A stretch of 64,000 bases of DNA from contig NC_067401.1 of assembly GCF_016432865.1 (NCBI RefSeq), forward strand, positions 444,416,001-444,480,000. The letters run 5' to 3'. This DNA comes from Antechinus flavipes (taxonomy: Eukaryota). Positions 52,322-64,000 of this stretch are shown here, one piece after another. The number at the start of each line of letters is the position of its first letter. Positions within the stretch are counted from its first letter, which is position 1. The position numbers and the translations under genes are program-made. The notes under the pieces are model-generated. The model saw only the letters and a list, made by a program, of their open reading frames with translations. It did no database searches and was not told where the DNA came from.

Positions 52322-52783
52322 ATGGAGGATCTTGTTTCTTCCTTCCTTTCTTTTTTTTTTTTTTATTAAAGCCTTTTTATTTTTCAAAACATAGGCATAG
52401 ATAATTCTTCAGCATTAGCCCTTGAAAAACCTTGTGTTCCAATTTTTACCCCCCTTTCATTACCTCCTCCCCTAAATGACAAGTAATCCAATATATGTTA
52501 AACATGATAGAAATATATGTTAAATGCAATACATGCATATACATTTATATAATTATCCTGCTGCATAAAAAAAAATCAAATCAAACCTGTAAAAAAAAAA
52601 AAAAAGCAGCAAAATAAAATGCAAGTAAACAACAATAAAAAGAGTGAAAATACTATGTTGTGATCCACACTCAGTTTCCACAGTCCTCTCTCTGGGTGCA
52701 GATGACTCTCTCCATTACTGAACAATTGGAACTGGTTTGAATCATCTCACTGTTGAAGGGAGCCATGGAGGATCTTTTTTCTT
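52322..52783 (-). mobile_element. L1 3' UTR insertion with 19-bp TSD
   Basis: atggaggatcttgtttctt (52322-52340) and atggaggatcttttttctt (52765-52783), with a poly(T) tail on the left. Confidence 0.9.
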
Positions 52784-53545
52784 AACTCAATTTTGGTGCC
52801 AATACCAACCCTGGGGATCTTGAACCACAGTGTCCATCTAGCAAGCAATTTTATTTTGGTTTATTTTTCTAAAGACTGGATACAAGGCTAGAAAGTGGCT
52901 TAATTAAAAGGAGCAGAAATCTTTGAGTAGAGAAATCAACTGAATTTACCCATCACTGGACAAACAGTTCAATTTTCCTGGATCAGCTCTAAAGATGACA
53001 TGAACCTCTCAAAAACATGTACTGTACCTCAGCATTACCTAGGCTAATAGTGCTAATATCCTTAATAGTGTCCTTGCTTCAAGTCTTTCCTCCTCCAATC
53101 CATCCCTTATACAGCTGCCAAAGTGGTATTGGTGAATCACAAGTGTGGGCTAGGTCAGTCCCTACTGCTCTTTCAAACTTCCATCTTGACTCCAAATCCC
53201 CACTTCTTCCCACTGTATCAAGCTCTCCCCCAGGATAAAATGCAAAATACTCAAATTAGCATTGGAAACCCTTCACAATATGGCTCTAATCTCCCTTTCT
53301 GACCTTATTATCATACTTTGTACACTCTATATACTCTAAGTAAGCAAACTAGCTTAGTTGCTTTTCCCTGCACATAAGCTTCTCCATCCCTAGAAGACAA
53401 TTCTTGCTCACTCTGACTCTTAGAAACTCTAGTTTCTTTAGAAGTTCAGCTCAAATAACTTCCCACCCCTTTTATTTTGTTTTGTTTTTTTCTATACATC
53501 TCATGTTAACTTATATGTGTACTTGTTTTTCCTATGGACATGTTC

Positions 53546-53740
53546 AATTTCCATTTTTGTCTCCATTCCCAGAGCTCCTAGAATGTTTTTTTCTCCTAAA
53601 AGATTGCAAACTCCTTGTGGGCAGCTACAATTTCCATGTTTGGTTACATACCCAGAATCCCTAGAATGTTTTTTCTCCTAGGAGAATGCAAGCTCCTTCT
53701 AAGCAGGCACAATTTCCATTTTGTCTCTGTATCCAGAGAC
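53546..53740. repeat. 83-bp tandem duplication of L2-tail sequence (about 2.3 copies)
   Basis: ctagaatgttttttctccta...tgcaa.ctcctt...caatttccat starts at 53578 and again at 53661. Confidence 0.85.
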
Positions 53741-56700
53741 CTTGGAATACTGCAGGATACATGGCAAGCATGTAAAAAATGCTTGCTGAATAAGTGAACG
53801 AATGAAGAAATCACAGGTCCTTTGAGGACAAGAACAGTTTTACTTCTGCCTTTATATTCAGGTTTTTGGGCACAGGGACACGCACAGAGTAGGTCTTTAA
53901 TAAATAGTCCATAAATTGGATTATTGAGAAATGAGCATGGATCACCCTGAAAATCTAAAGTTAATGAAAATATAAAGTTGAATAATTCAAGATGCAGTTT
54001 CAGAGAACCTCAATCACTTTTCCAGTTTTCTGTGCCCAGACATTCAGATCTTGGAAGGACTTTGATACCAAAGTATATTAGTTCCAAAGCAAAGAGTCTG
54101 CACTAAGGAGGGAGTCCATCCTGTCTCTATTCAATTGAATCACTGACGTTCAGTGACAGTGGAGAGAAGGTCAAGAAATGGATGTAGAATTCCTGTTACT
54201 GACTGAATGGGGGCCCAAAAAGATAGTTTTCCCTTTTCTTTTCCTTCTTGCTTGGTAAAAAGACATACTTAAGCATCTACTGTCTGGACTAGAGCTATTT
54301 TACATTAATTTATGAAAGGGGCTTTGGGGCTAATCTCTTTAAAGGTTTCTGGAAAATGTTTTGGTTCAAACAGACACTTAGTGATTTTCTCAATTTATAT
54401 TTGTGGGGGAAGTGTTGAATACTTCATTTTAAGGCTGGCTAACACAGGGCAGAAAGTGGTAACAGTCCAGTGATGCCCTACAGGACTGTTCCCAGCAGTC
54501 ACTGATCAAAAGCAAATTCTTCACTTAAGGGTTTGGACTCCCAAACTGGTATAAACTAAAAGGCAAATACAAGAATCTAAGGGGGCTTCAGTGCAACCAT
54601 GAATACCACTCCTAACTAATCACCTCTCCCTAGACTTCCACAAAGGCTACCTAGTAGGAGGAATAGGGAAGAGGCTTAATAACTTAGGTTTTCCTCTTGG
54701 GGTTTGAAGGGGGACCAGGTACAATCAAGCCTAGGGGGAGACTCAGTTATCACTCCAGGCTGGTGGAAAAGGATGGAAATCACTGAACCAAAACAAATTA
54801 ATCCCATTCCTATGTCAAAGAGGAGGTCTGGGCAACTACTTAGGGAAAACAAAAACGTGTGGTTATGTGGTTTTATAGCTACTGTTGAAATGTGAAATGG
54901 AGATCTTGGGGGATATCAAAGCAAATGAAATTTGGAAACTTCCAGTCCTGAGAGTCTGTGATTCTATTCCAAAATAATTGGAGCAGATTTTCGGGCAGGG
55001 GCCAAAAAGAAGGGGAAATGGGCACTAACAGCTTAGGGGCAAAAATGGACACTGCAACCCCACCAACCCTCTCCTCCCTTGTCCCTACCCACCCCCACCC
55101 TACAATTCTGGGGTCTCTGAGCCAGGGACTGCATTGACAACTCCAGAATGCACCAAAACTAAGCTGCAGAGCTCAGTGGAGAATTCCATGAAGTGCAACA
55201 TTGCCCCCTAGTGACACATGGAGCTAGAGGCTCTTATTTTTTTTTTTTAACTGCATTTGTGGGGGCAAAGAGAAAAATCAATGTGAATTTTTCCGATGAC
55301 TAATATATTGAGTTCTCCAAGTCGGAGAAGACTTACCAGAGACTAATCTAAAAACATCAGTCACCTTTTTAATTTACTTGTACCAGTCATCTTTTTAATT
55401 TCCCTGTACCAAGTCATCTTTCAAAACAGAGGCACAAAGCTGGAAGAGCAACAGAAAGCATGACTTTAGAAGTCATTTCTTAAAGGCTGTTCAAGCCTGG
55501 AGGGCTGCTAACCATCCCAGGACACTTAATAGGGACTAAATGGGACACTTAATAGGGCTAGCAGTCACAGTGTGATAGGTTCCAGGGCTGATTTATTTAC
55601 AGGACAAGGACCAAATTTGGCTTCTTTGAAAAGGATGCTCAAAGAACTGCAAAACCAAAAAGCTATCCATAAGGCTTAGGCAATAATTGAATCTGGAGAC
55701 ACACAGGAAGCTCCCCTGGCAACTTTAAGAACACTAGTTCTGGGGTCAAAGGAATTAGATTCAAATTCTGCCTATGAGCAGGTCCACCTCACCCCTCCAA
55801 GTCTCAATTTCTTCAGTAAAAATGAACTAACCTCTGAGTTGATCCAGCTCAAAACCTCTGAATGTTCTAAACATAGGAAAGAACAATATGGTAAAATAGA
55901 TAGGAGTGCTAGATTTGGGAGTCAGGGAAGAGTTGGTGTTTAAATCCCACCTGATACTAGTAGTATGGCCATGGGCAAGTCATAATATCCCTGAGTCATC
56001 CAGAAAATGAGGAAATTGGAAGTAATGATCTCTCCAGTCCCTTCCAGCTCTAGTGCTGTGAGCCAAAGACCTTCATCCATGGTTTTGTTTGAGTGAAGCA
56101 GAATCCTAAGTAAAGTACACTCTATCAAGCAAAAGCCACACATCTCTTTAGTTTGTGGACAAGAGTAAGAAGGAGACAAAGTCTCATTTCCTGTCTCAAA
56201 AGCTGCGAATCATATCTTTAAGGGTGCACACTAGGCAATAAGCTCTGAGCATAGCTATGAAATCTCCACAATCATACAATATTGACTTATGCACTATATC
56301 AATTTAAAGTTCAGATACCAATCTTTAATAAGACACCAAAATTAAACTGTGGTCACAAGCACCTATAAAGATAAGGCACATTAGCACTTCATATTCTAAA
56401 TTTCATACAACCAGGGCAAAGCTGCCATATTACTGACACCTTCCTAGTTTAGCTCCGATACCAATCCTAAGAGTTAATTAAAAAAAATTAATTAAATAAA
56501 ATACTAAATGCCAATTTAATAGTATAGTGTATATATATAGTATAGTATAATTTCCCTTACTGGATTTTACTTTTTTACTGTAACAGCTTCTTATCCAAAT
56601 ATCCTTGGCAACAATGTTATTAACTCCTTAAGCTAGCCCCAGACTGCTATGAAAGATCCCCACCCCTACGCTTTGTAATTCCTATTTCAGTATCTCTTCA

Positions 56701-56904
56701 GTTTCTTCAATATCCTGCAGGGGGAAAAAATAAAGCTTATAATATGAGTGTTTGGAAGATGGAAGTAGAGAAGGGATACTCTAGCACAGCCTCTATCTAT
56801 CATGTCAACTCTTGCCTAAAGGTGATGGGCTTTTTGTATTAGGACCACTGATGCGAGAGGATAAGGGAGGGGGGGAAGGCAGGGAGGGGGCCCTGCTCCC
56901 ATAC

Positions 56905-57027
56905 CTTCTCATGATAGGGTCCTATGACAATCCAGCCACAGAAAGTGTATCCCAGGTAAATCATCCCAGCACAGGCACAGAAGCGAAGGACTTTGGGTAG
57001 TGAAGCTTGCATCGTCAAAATGAGCAC
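56905..57027 (-). CDS. MCOLN2: MCOLN2 coding exon (about exon 11), 123 nt
   Basis: ttttag|[41 protein letters not shown]|gtatgg. [17 protein letters not shown] is MCOLN2-type rather than MCOLN3-type. Preceded by an 84-nt intron. Confidence 0.97.
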
Positions 57028-57111
57028 CTAAAAGGTCCAGAAGTATCACTCAGTGGGGCTGAAGCTCCATTAACCAACCCAAACCCAGATAAAGGGGGAT
57101 AGGAGACTTAC

Positions 57112-57213
57112 ATTGTATGTCTGGAAATAACCCAAATATCTGATGACTCCAACCCAAGCAAACAAAGTGGATGTTCCAAGCAAAATGCTGCAGAGATCAT
57201 AACTTGTGAGATT
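57112..57213 (-). CDS. MCOLN2: MCOLN2 coding exon (about exon 10), 102 nt
   Basis: tgttag|[34 protein letters not shown]|gtaagt. S3-S4 region. Confidence 0.97.
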
Positions 57214-57312
57214 CTAACACAGAGAGGAAAAAAACAAAACAGACATGAGTGAAAGACTAAAGAAAAAAAAATTATCTGCCCAATTAGGACAACCAAATTC
57301 CCCCCTGCCACT

Positions 57313-57753
57313 TAATAGTATTTTATTTTTTCCAATTACATGTAAAGATAGTATTTAACATTCACTTTTTTTTTGTTAAAATTTAATTTTTATTGATTTG
57401 ATTTTTTGTTCTTTTTTCTCAATAGTATTTTATTTTTCCAACTAGATGTAAAGATGGTCTTTAATATTCACTTTTATTTTTTTCTTGTTAATGTTTACAT
57501 TTTATTGATTTGATTTTCTGGGGGGGGGTTGTTTTGTTTTTAATTCTCAATAATATTTTATTTTTCCTATTACATGTAAGTTTAGTTTTCAACATTCACT
57601 TTGGTAAGATTTTGGGTTCTAATTTTTTTCCCTTACCTCTTTTATCTCCCCCCAAAATAGAAATCTGATATAGGTAATATATACAACATCCATTTTTATA
57701 AGATTTTGAGTTCCATAATTTTTTTCCTTTCTCCCTTCTTGTTGTACACACAC

Positions 57754-57796
<43 letters not shown>

Positions 57797-58010
57797 CACA
57801 AATGATCATTTTAAACACATTTCCACACTAGTCATGTTGTGAAAGAATCAGAACAAAAAGCAAAAGCCATGAAAAAGAAAAAAAATAAGTGAATGTAGTA
57901 TGCTCTGATCTACATTCAGACACCATAGTTCTTTTTCTGGATGTAGATAGCATTGTCCATCATGGGTCTTTTGGAATTGTCTTAGATTGAATTGCTGAGA
58001 AGAGCTGAGA
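57313..58010 (-). mobile_element. L1 3' UTR with tandemly repeated terminus and a (CA)n tract
   Basis: aatagtattttatttttccaattacatgtaaag...acattcacttt occurs three times between 57313 and 57610. Confidence 0.8.
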
Positions 58011-58094
58011 GGGTGACCAACTTTACTTTGTAGAACCTACAATTTTGAATTGGAAGGAGGTTCAGAGATCACTTGTTTCAACCTATTCCCTCAC

Positions 58095-58320
58095 TAAAGG
58101 TAGTTAGATTGTGAGTAGAGTACCAGACCTAGAGTCAGAGAGACTCATCATCCTGAGTTTAACTCTGGCCTTAGAATACTTAAGCAGTGATATGACCCTG
58201 GGCAAGTCACTTAACCCTGTTTACCTCAGTTTCCTTAAAGCAGAGAAATAGCTGGTATCTTTGCCAAGAAAACTCCAACTAGGGTCATGAAGAGTCAGAC
58301 ATGACTGAAGAGGAACAACT
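58095..58320 (+). mobile_element. Mar1-like SINE
   Basis: Head/CORE/RTE-tail layout. Confidence 0.8.
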
Positions 58321-59168
58321 TTCTAAATGCATGGATGAAGAAACAGGCCTCCAAAGTAGAGCTAATAAGGCATAGAGCCAGGATTTGAATACAGGTCTTG
58401 ACTCCAAATCTAAATTCAGTACTTTCTAAATTACAAAATGAAGTCGATTTACCAAGTAATTATAAACAGACTTCTTCCAGGGTTTCAGAAATTACTTGCT
58501 TCCCTCCAGGCCCTGCTGTGATTACACACAATAAAAAGGCTCAATTCTTTAGATTTGGTTTTGTTCTTTAAGTAGTTGTTTCTCACCCCCTCAAATGTTT
58601 AAAGAAAATTGCTTGCTTTACTTTTAAGTGATACATCTCAGAGACATTTATGTCAATTTTAGGCCCTTTAATACAAGAGGTTTTTTTTTTGTTTTGTTTT
58701 GACAACATATTGCAGCCCTAACAGACACAAACAAACGCTTATCAAGCATCATTTATGTGCCAGGCAGAGCAATCAGACAACAATGCAATTCTAGTCCCTG
58801 CTTTCAAGGAGTTTCCATTCCATTGGAAGAAAAAACATATGCAAAATATACATAGTAAATACACAGTGATTTTTTGGGGAAAAAAGGAGGGAAGAGAAAG
58901 ATGGTGGCACTAGCACCTTAGAAAAATCAGGAAAAGCTTCTTAAAGCAAATGGCATAGATGGAAAGGGATGATGATTTAAGTCCTTTAAGGCAGGATTTC
59001 TTTATTGGAGACCAATTTTCTCCTGAGAAATTTTTACTTAACCCCAGGTATATAAAATAGGTATACAAATCAAATATTTACTGATAAATCACATAATTTT
59101 AGCTTTTATTAAAGACAAAAGCACGTCTGCATACTAATGAGATGGAAATGCTAGTTTATTTTTATATA

Positions 59169-59337
59169 AAGAATTAATTTTTTTTTTTTTTGCTTAGGTA
59201 ATTAGGGTTAAGTGACTTGCTCATGGTCACACAGCCAGGAAGTGTTGAGTGCCTGAGGTCATATTTGAATTCAGGTCCTCTTGATTTCAGGGCTGGTGCT
59301 CTATCTACTGCACCACTTAGCTGCCCCAAGAATTAAT
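59169..59337 (-). mobile_element. Full-length WSINE1-like SINE with 10-bp TSD
   Basis: aagaattaat at 59169-59178 and 59328-59337. Poly(T) tail and ggggcagcta head on the minus strand. Confidence 0.92.
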
Positions 59338-59594
59338 CCTTGAAGAAATATCTGATATCTTTTACTATTGCTAAATTTTTTGCAACTCCTACATTCAATT
59401 ATATAATCCCATATAGAGTCACAAGCTGAAGAAGCTTTGTTTTAAGGGAGGTGGGCACTGGACTATGGAGGAATTTAAATGCTAAAGAGAAATGACTGTA
59501 TTTGATTATAGAGACAAGAGGAAGCATCTAGAGCTTCTTGGGTGGTATACTCAGACTACAATCACTTTTTCTTTAAAAATATCATTTTGTGCCC

Positions 59595-60680
59595 TAAATA
59601 ATTATTGATTAGAGAAATGCAAATTAAGACTACTCTGAGGTACCACTTCATACCTCTTAGATTGGCTAAGATGACAGAAAAGATAAAGATAAAAAGAAAA
59701 GGATGTGGGAAAACTGGGACACTAATACATTATTAGTGGAGTTATGAAATGATTCAATTATTCTGAAGAATAATTTGGAACTATGTCAAAAAGGGCTATA
59801 AATAAGTCTTTGTGTGCCCTTTGGTCCAGAAGTACTGCTACTGGATCTGTATCCCAAAGAAAACATAGAAGAGGAAAAAGGACAGACATATGTAAAAATG
59901 TTTGTAGCAGCTCTTTCTATGGTGACAAAGAAGTGGAAAATGATTAGATGACCATCATTTGGGTAATGGTTAAATAAGTTATGGTATATGAAAGTAATGG
60001 AATATTATTGTTTTACCAAAAAAAAAAAAAAATGAACAAGATTTCAGAAAGGACTAGAAAGACTTACATGAACTAATGCTGAGTGAAGTAAGAAAAGTAC
60101 ATGAAACAATAAGAGTATATGAAACAATTCTGATAGGCTTAGCTCTTCTTGCAATGCAGTGATCAAAAACAATTCCAATAAACTTGGGATGGAAAATGCC
60201 ATCCACATCCAGAGAGAGAACCATCAAATCTGAATGTGGATTGAAACATACCATTTTCAGCTTTCTTTTTTGTTTTCTTTCTCTTTGGTTTCTCTTTTGT
60301 TCTGATTTTTCTTCAACAACACGATTAATACAGAAATATTTAAAAGGATTGCACATGTATAACCTATACCAGATTGCTTGCTGTCTTGGGGAGGTAAGGG
60401 GGGAAATTTTGTAATACAAAATCTTACAAAAATGAATGTTGAAAACTTCCTTTAAATTGTATAATTATGTATGCATATGTTGGACTTAATATATATTTTT
60501 GCCATGTTTAACATATATTGGATTACCTGCTATCTAGGTGAAGGGGTGGGGAGAAGGGGGAGAAAATGAAACACAGGATGTTGCAAGGGTTAATGTTGAA
60601 AATATTATCAATGAATACCTTTTGAAAATTAAAAAACTTCAAAAAAAAAAAACTATTTTTACATGTAATTCACTGGCTTT
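59595..60680 (+). mobile_element. L1 ORF2 end plus 3' UTR, with a second L1 3' end (about 60450-60652) nested in its terminus
   Basis: gagaaatgcaaattaagactactctgaggtaccac (REMQIKTTLRYH). The terminal ...gaaaact|atttttacatgtaatt is split by a second G-rich tail with poly(A). Confidence 0.85.
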
Positions 60681-61204
60681 AGTTTTAGTCCAAACACAAG
60701 TTAAATGCAAAGGATCCTGGAAATAGAATCAAAGACAAGTAATCCATGTCTATCAGTAGAATAAGTTTTAACAGAAAAGTTCCCACTAGGCAGCTGAGAA
60801 ACCTTATTTACAAATACTCAAGCCTTGTGGGCACCCAGTAAATGTCTGCCAAGAAGAACAATAAGGCTGAGAAAAGGGGATTTACTGCGAGAGATTACAT
60901 TGGCCAATAGAACTATAAACAAAAACCCTCAATGATGAATTTTCTATTTGTCCACTTGCCACATTAATCCTACAACTATTCTTCTGGTGACCACAAGGAC
61001 TATATCTGTATAATCCATAAGAGAAATCGAGTCCTCCCAAGATCCCCTTATGAACCCAGGATTTTTAACTTCTAACATATACATCTTTACTCCCAATAAG
61101 CTTTGAGTTTTGTAGGATAGAAGACTTTAGCAATATATAATCTCTGCTCAAATAATATAGTATTGTAAAGCACAGTGCCTAGATTGTAGCAGGGGCATAA
61201 TAAA

Positions 61205-61690
61205 GTCTTCCATCCCTCCTTTTTCCTCCCCTCCTTCCTTCCTTTCTCCTTTTTTTCTCCTTCCCTCATTCCCCTTTTTCCTTCCTTCTTTCTCCTTCTC
61301 TCCTTCCTTCTTTCTCCTTCTCTCCTTCCTTCTTTCTCCTTCTCTCCTTCCTTCTTTTTTCCTTCATTCTTTCTCCTTCTCTCCTTCCTTCTTTTTTCCT
61401 TCATTCTTTCTCCTTCTCTCCTTCCTTCTTTCTCTTTTATTTCCCCTTCCCCCTTTTCCCTCCTTTCTTCCCTCTCTTCTTTCCTTCTCCCTCATTCTCT
61501 CTTCCCTTATTTCTTATTTTCTCCTCTTTTCTTTCCTCCTCATTCTCTCCTTTTTTCACTTTTTCTCCTTTCCTTTCTCCTCCCTTCCCTTCTGACTCAC
61601 TTCCTCCTGCCTTCCCTTCTTTCTTCTTCCCTCTTTCCCTTTTTCCTTCCTTCTTTCTCCTTCTCTCCTTCCTTCTTTTCTTCTTATTTC
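61205..61690. repeat. About 490-bp polypyrimidine/polypurine tract with 22- and 37-nt higher-order units
   Basis: ccttccttctttctccttctct is repeated. Very few purines on the plus strand. Confidence 0.95.
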
Positions 61691-62594
61691 CAGACAAGCT
61701 GCAAGGACTTTAAACCATGAGGTTAAATGTACTCAGTGAGCCCGAGCCAAGAACTCAGAACTCCCATTGCCACAAGATGCAATAGAGAAATTCCCTAGAA
61801 TTCCCTCAACAGACTTCACAAGACCTACAAAGGGGATGGATTTGGAAGCAAAGAACCTGGATCTGACTCCAAGCTCTATTCCTTATTCTTTGTGTAATTT
61901 TGAGTACATAATTTCATTTCTCTGACCTTGCCCCCTTACTTACAAAAAGTGGGGGTTGGACAACATGGACTCTGAGTTCCCTCCCAGCCCTAAATCAATG
62001 GAGGCAATACAACATGTCAGCAAAAATGTGGATTTTGAAACCAAGGGATTTTTGTACAATTTTGAATCCTGCCTTAACATCTACAGGTCTCAGTTTCTCC
62101 ATGTACAAACAAGGATGCTGGGCTAAATGACCTCCAAAACACCATCTAGTTCTATATCTGCAATCCTATGAATTGATGTCCTATGACAAGCTACATGAAT
62201 CTTTGGTTATATAAACTTTGCAACAGAGAACAAAGATTTTTAAGTTTAGCTTCTCCCCAATAAAGCAGATAGATCTTTGAAGAGTCACTCTTGCTGGGGG
62301 AAAAATAGACAGCCTTTTCACCGAAAAGCATTTCTCCCACTTCAAGTCTACTCAGCAGATGCTGCCAAGTACTCAGTGTAATCAGGAGAATATTATTTTC
62401 CACAGTGTGTCGGCCACTTTATTCTACCTTTCTTAAGAAACCGGAGACCAGAAGTGATTCATTTGTATGTATGTGAAGGGAGACTAAATAAAAGAAAGTA
62501 TTCCAGACAAAGCTACAAAGGAATATCAGTTTTCAAGATAAAAGTTTGTCTGGAATAATAGCTTCAGGCTAGCTCAGAATTCATACATCCTCAC

Positions 62595-62744
62595 CTTTGC
62601 TTTGATTTCCATTTTTAATATTGATCCAATGATGGTCATTAGGTCACTGATGATCACGAGAATGTACCATCCGTTGATAAACTCCCAGCGGTCAGCATCA
62701 CTCACACGTCTTTTATATTTCTCCAGGAAGAACCTTATAAATCT
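62595..62744 (-). CDS. MCOLN2: MCOLN2 coding exon (about exon 9), 150 nt
   Basis: cctcag|RFIRFFLEKYKRRVSDADRWEFINGWYILVIISDLMTIIGSILKMEIKAK|gtgagg. Phase 0-0, matches the mucolipin S2 region. Confidence 0.97.
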
Positions 62745-63922
62745 CTGAGGCAAATATTTTTAAAGTGTTTCTTACAATCCTGCCATCTAGGAAGTAGGAG
62801 AGAAACTCTGAATGGTGTTCTAACCCAGATGTCACAATTGGTATCACAACACTCCCAAGGGAGACCAAAAGAGATTAAAATGTAATTGAGAAATATTTAA
62901 CAAAATAAATATGAATGCCATGGAACATGGATAATATTAGTATATGGTTTTCTAAATTTTTATGTATGACTTAGTGACCCCCATTTCTTGTTGAGTTGGA
63001 CAACACCTCTTTGGCTTGGAAAAGCATCTGCCACCAAATTTCCCAACTAGAGTGCAAGTACCGTGAGAGCAGGAATTATGTTCACTGAATGTCAATCCCC
63101 TGCAGAACCTAACTTTGTCCTAAGCATGAACATCTGATTTCAAATCAAATTTGTATGCCAAATTGATGACTCTAGTTAACAGATCGACTGTAACAGAAGG
63201 AATGCATCATGGTCTGATGAAAAAGATGCTAGTTTTAGTTAAAAGATCTGGATTTCAATCTTATCACTGCCATTTGTGAGTGACACGTCTTTTAACAACC
63301 ATGCTGGATTTTCTCACATGTAGAATGAAGGGGTTGGATTATATGATTAAAGAATCATTGAATTTGGCTGGGAAAAGGACCTCAACAGCAATTTAGTACA
63401 ACTTCATCACACAACTGATGATGCTAATGAGCTGCCCAAAGTCACTTAGATAGTAAGCAGTGAAGATGGGTTTTTAACTCACTTCCTCTGACTCCAAAGT
63501 TATTACTCTTTCCCTTTTAAGATTCCTTCCCATTCTAAACCCTATTATAGAGGGAGAACATATATAGTGCAATATAGAGAGAGGTGCTGGAGAGAGTGGA
63601 AAAGGAGCAACTATCCAGAAAAGTAGCTCTTCAGATTTGGGACAAAGGAAAGAAGAAACATATTTTCTGTGGCTTTTTCCCATGAGTTTATTAATTTAGT
63701 AAAGGAGCACCAATTATCTGAAAGAGCCTCACTCTTCAAAAATCTTTAGTTACTTCCTACACCCCAGGCTAATTAAATAGTCTGGTGGGGAGGCAATCAC
63801 TCTCCTCCAGGGATTTAATCCACCGGAGGGACTTCTGAAATAGAAGGATGACACAGCATCAATATTCTGTCCTTTGAGAACACTAAAGGGAGGGAGGTGA
63901 GAATCAAAATGCACATACTTAC

Positions 63923-64000
63923 TTTTTGCAATCGGAGGGCCAGCACGATGGATCTGGTGCACAAAATAAGTGAAGAAAAGCAACTCAAAATAACAAACAC
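63923..64000 (-). CDS. MCOLN2: MCOLN2 coding exon (about exon 8 by human numbering), truncated by the window edge
   Basis: Encodes VFVILSCFSSLILCTRSIVLALRLQK (S1 region of TRPML2). Followed by the donor AAA|GTAAGT. Confidence 0.95.

Noticed and set aside
54129-54156. Adjacent short palindromes (attcaattgaat; tcactga-cgt-tcagtga)
   Set aside because: Too short to exceed chance, with no array or flanking structure.
57028-57111. 84-nt MCOLN2 intron is also a multiple of 3
   Set aside because: It contains an in-frame TAA at codon 14, so retention truncates the protein.
23232-60652. Three or four short L1 tails starting near the same point, as a possible L1-derived SINE
   Set aside because: The 5' ends differ by about 10-50 nt and one copy extends much further, consistent with ordinary 5' truncation.
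61087-61697. K/E/R/G-rich minus-strand ORFs
   Set aside because: Translation of the purine tract, which cannot contain stop codons.
46027-64000. Calling the gene MCOLN3 or MCOLN1
   Set aside because: Diagnostic residues ([43 protein letters not shown]) fit MCOLN2.

Overview
AT-rich, CpG-depleted marsupial genomic DNA. WSINE1-like and Mar1-like CORE-SINEs and the L1 3' ends suggest a dasyurid such as the Tasmanian devil (inference). The only protein-coding gene I can support is the 3' half of MCOLN2 (TRPML2) on the minus strand: seven coding exons from 64000 down to a stop at 46027, all with GT-AG boundaries and a continuous frame. The rest is intronic or intergenic and dominated by L1, L2, L3/CR1, RTE, CORE-SINEs, hAT-like MITEs and simple repeats, with one 333-N gap. 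In eutherians LPAR3 lies downstream of MCOLN2, but no LPAR3 coding exon is visible here. I found no convincing new multi-gene system. The best-supported unusual items are: an L1 insertion with a 74-nt 3' transduction and 15-bp TSD; a 147-nt in-frame, stop-free last MCOLN2 intron between a CCC cluster and a terminal DxxLL motif; locally templated insertions; and CpG-retaining candidate enhancers. Repeat family names come from recognition by eye, and repeat boundaries are approximate unless TSDs are quoted.
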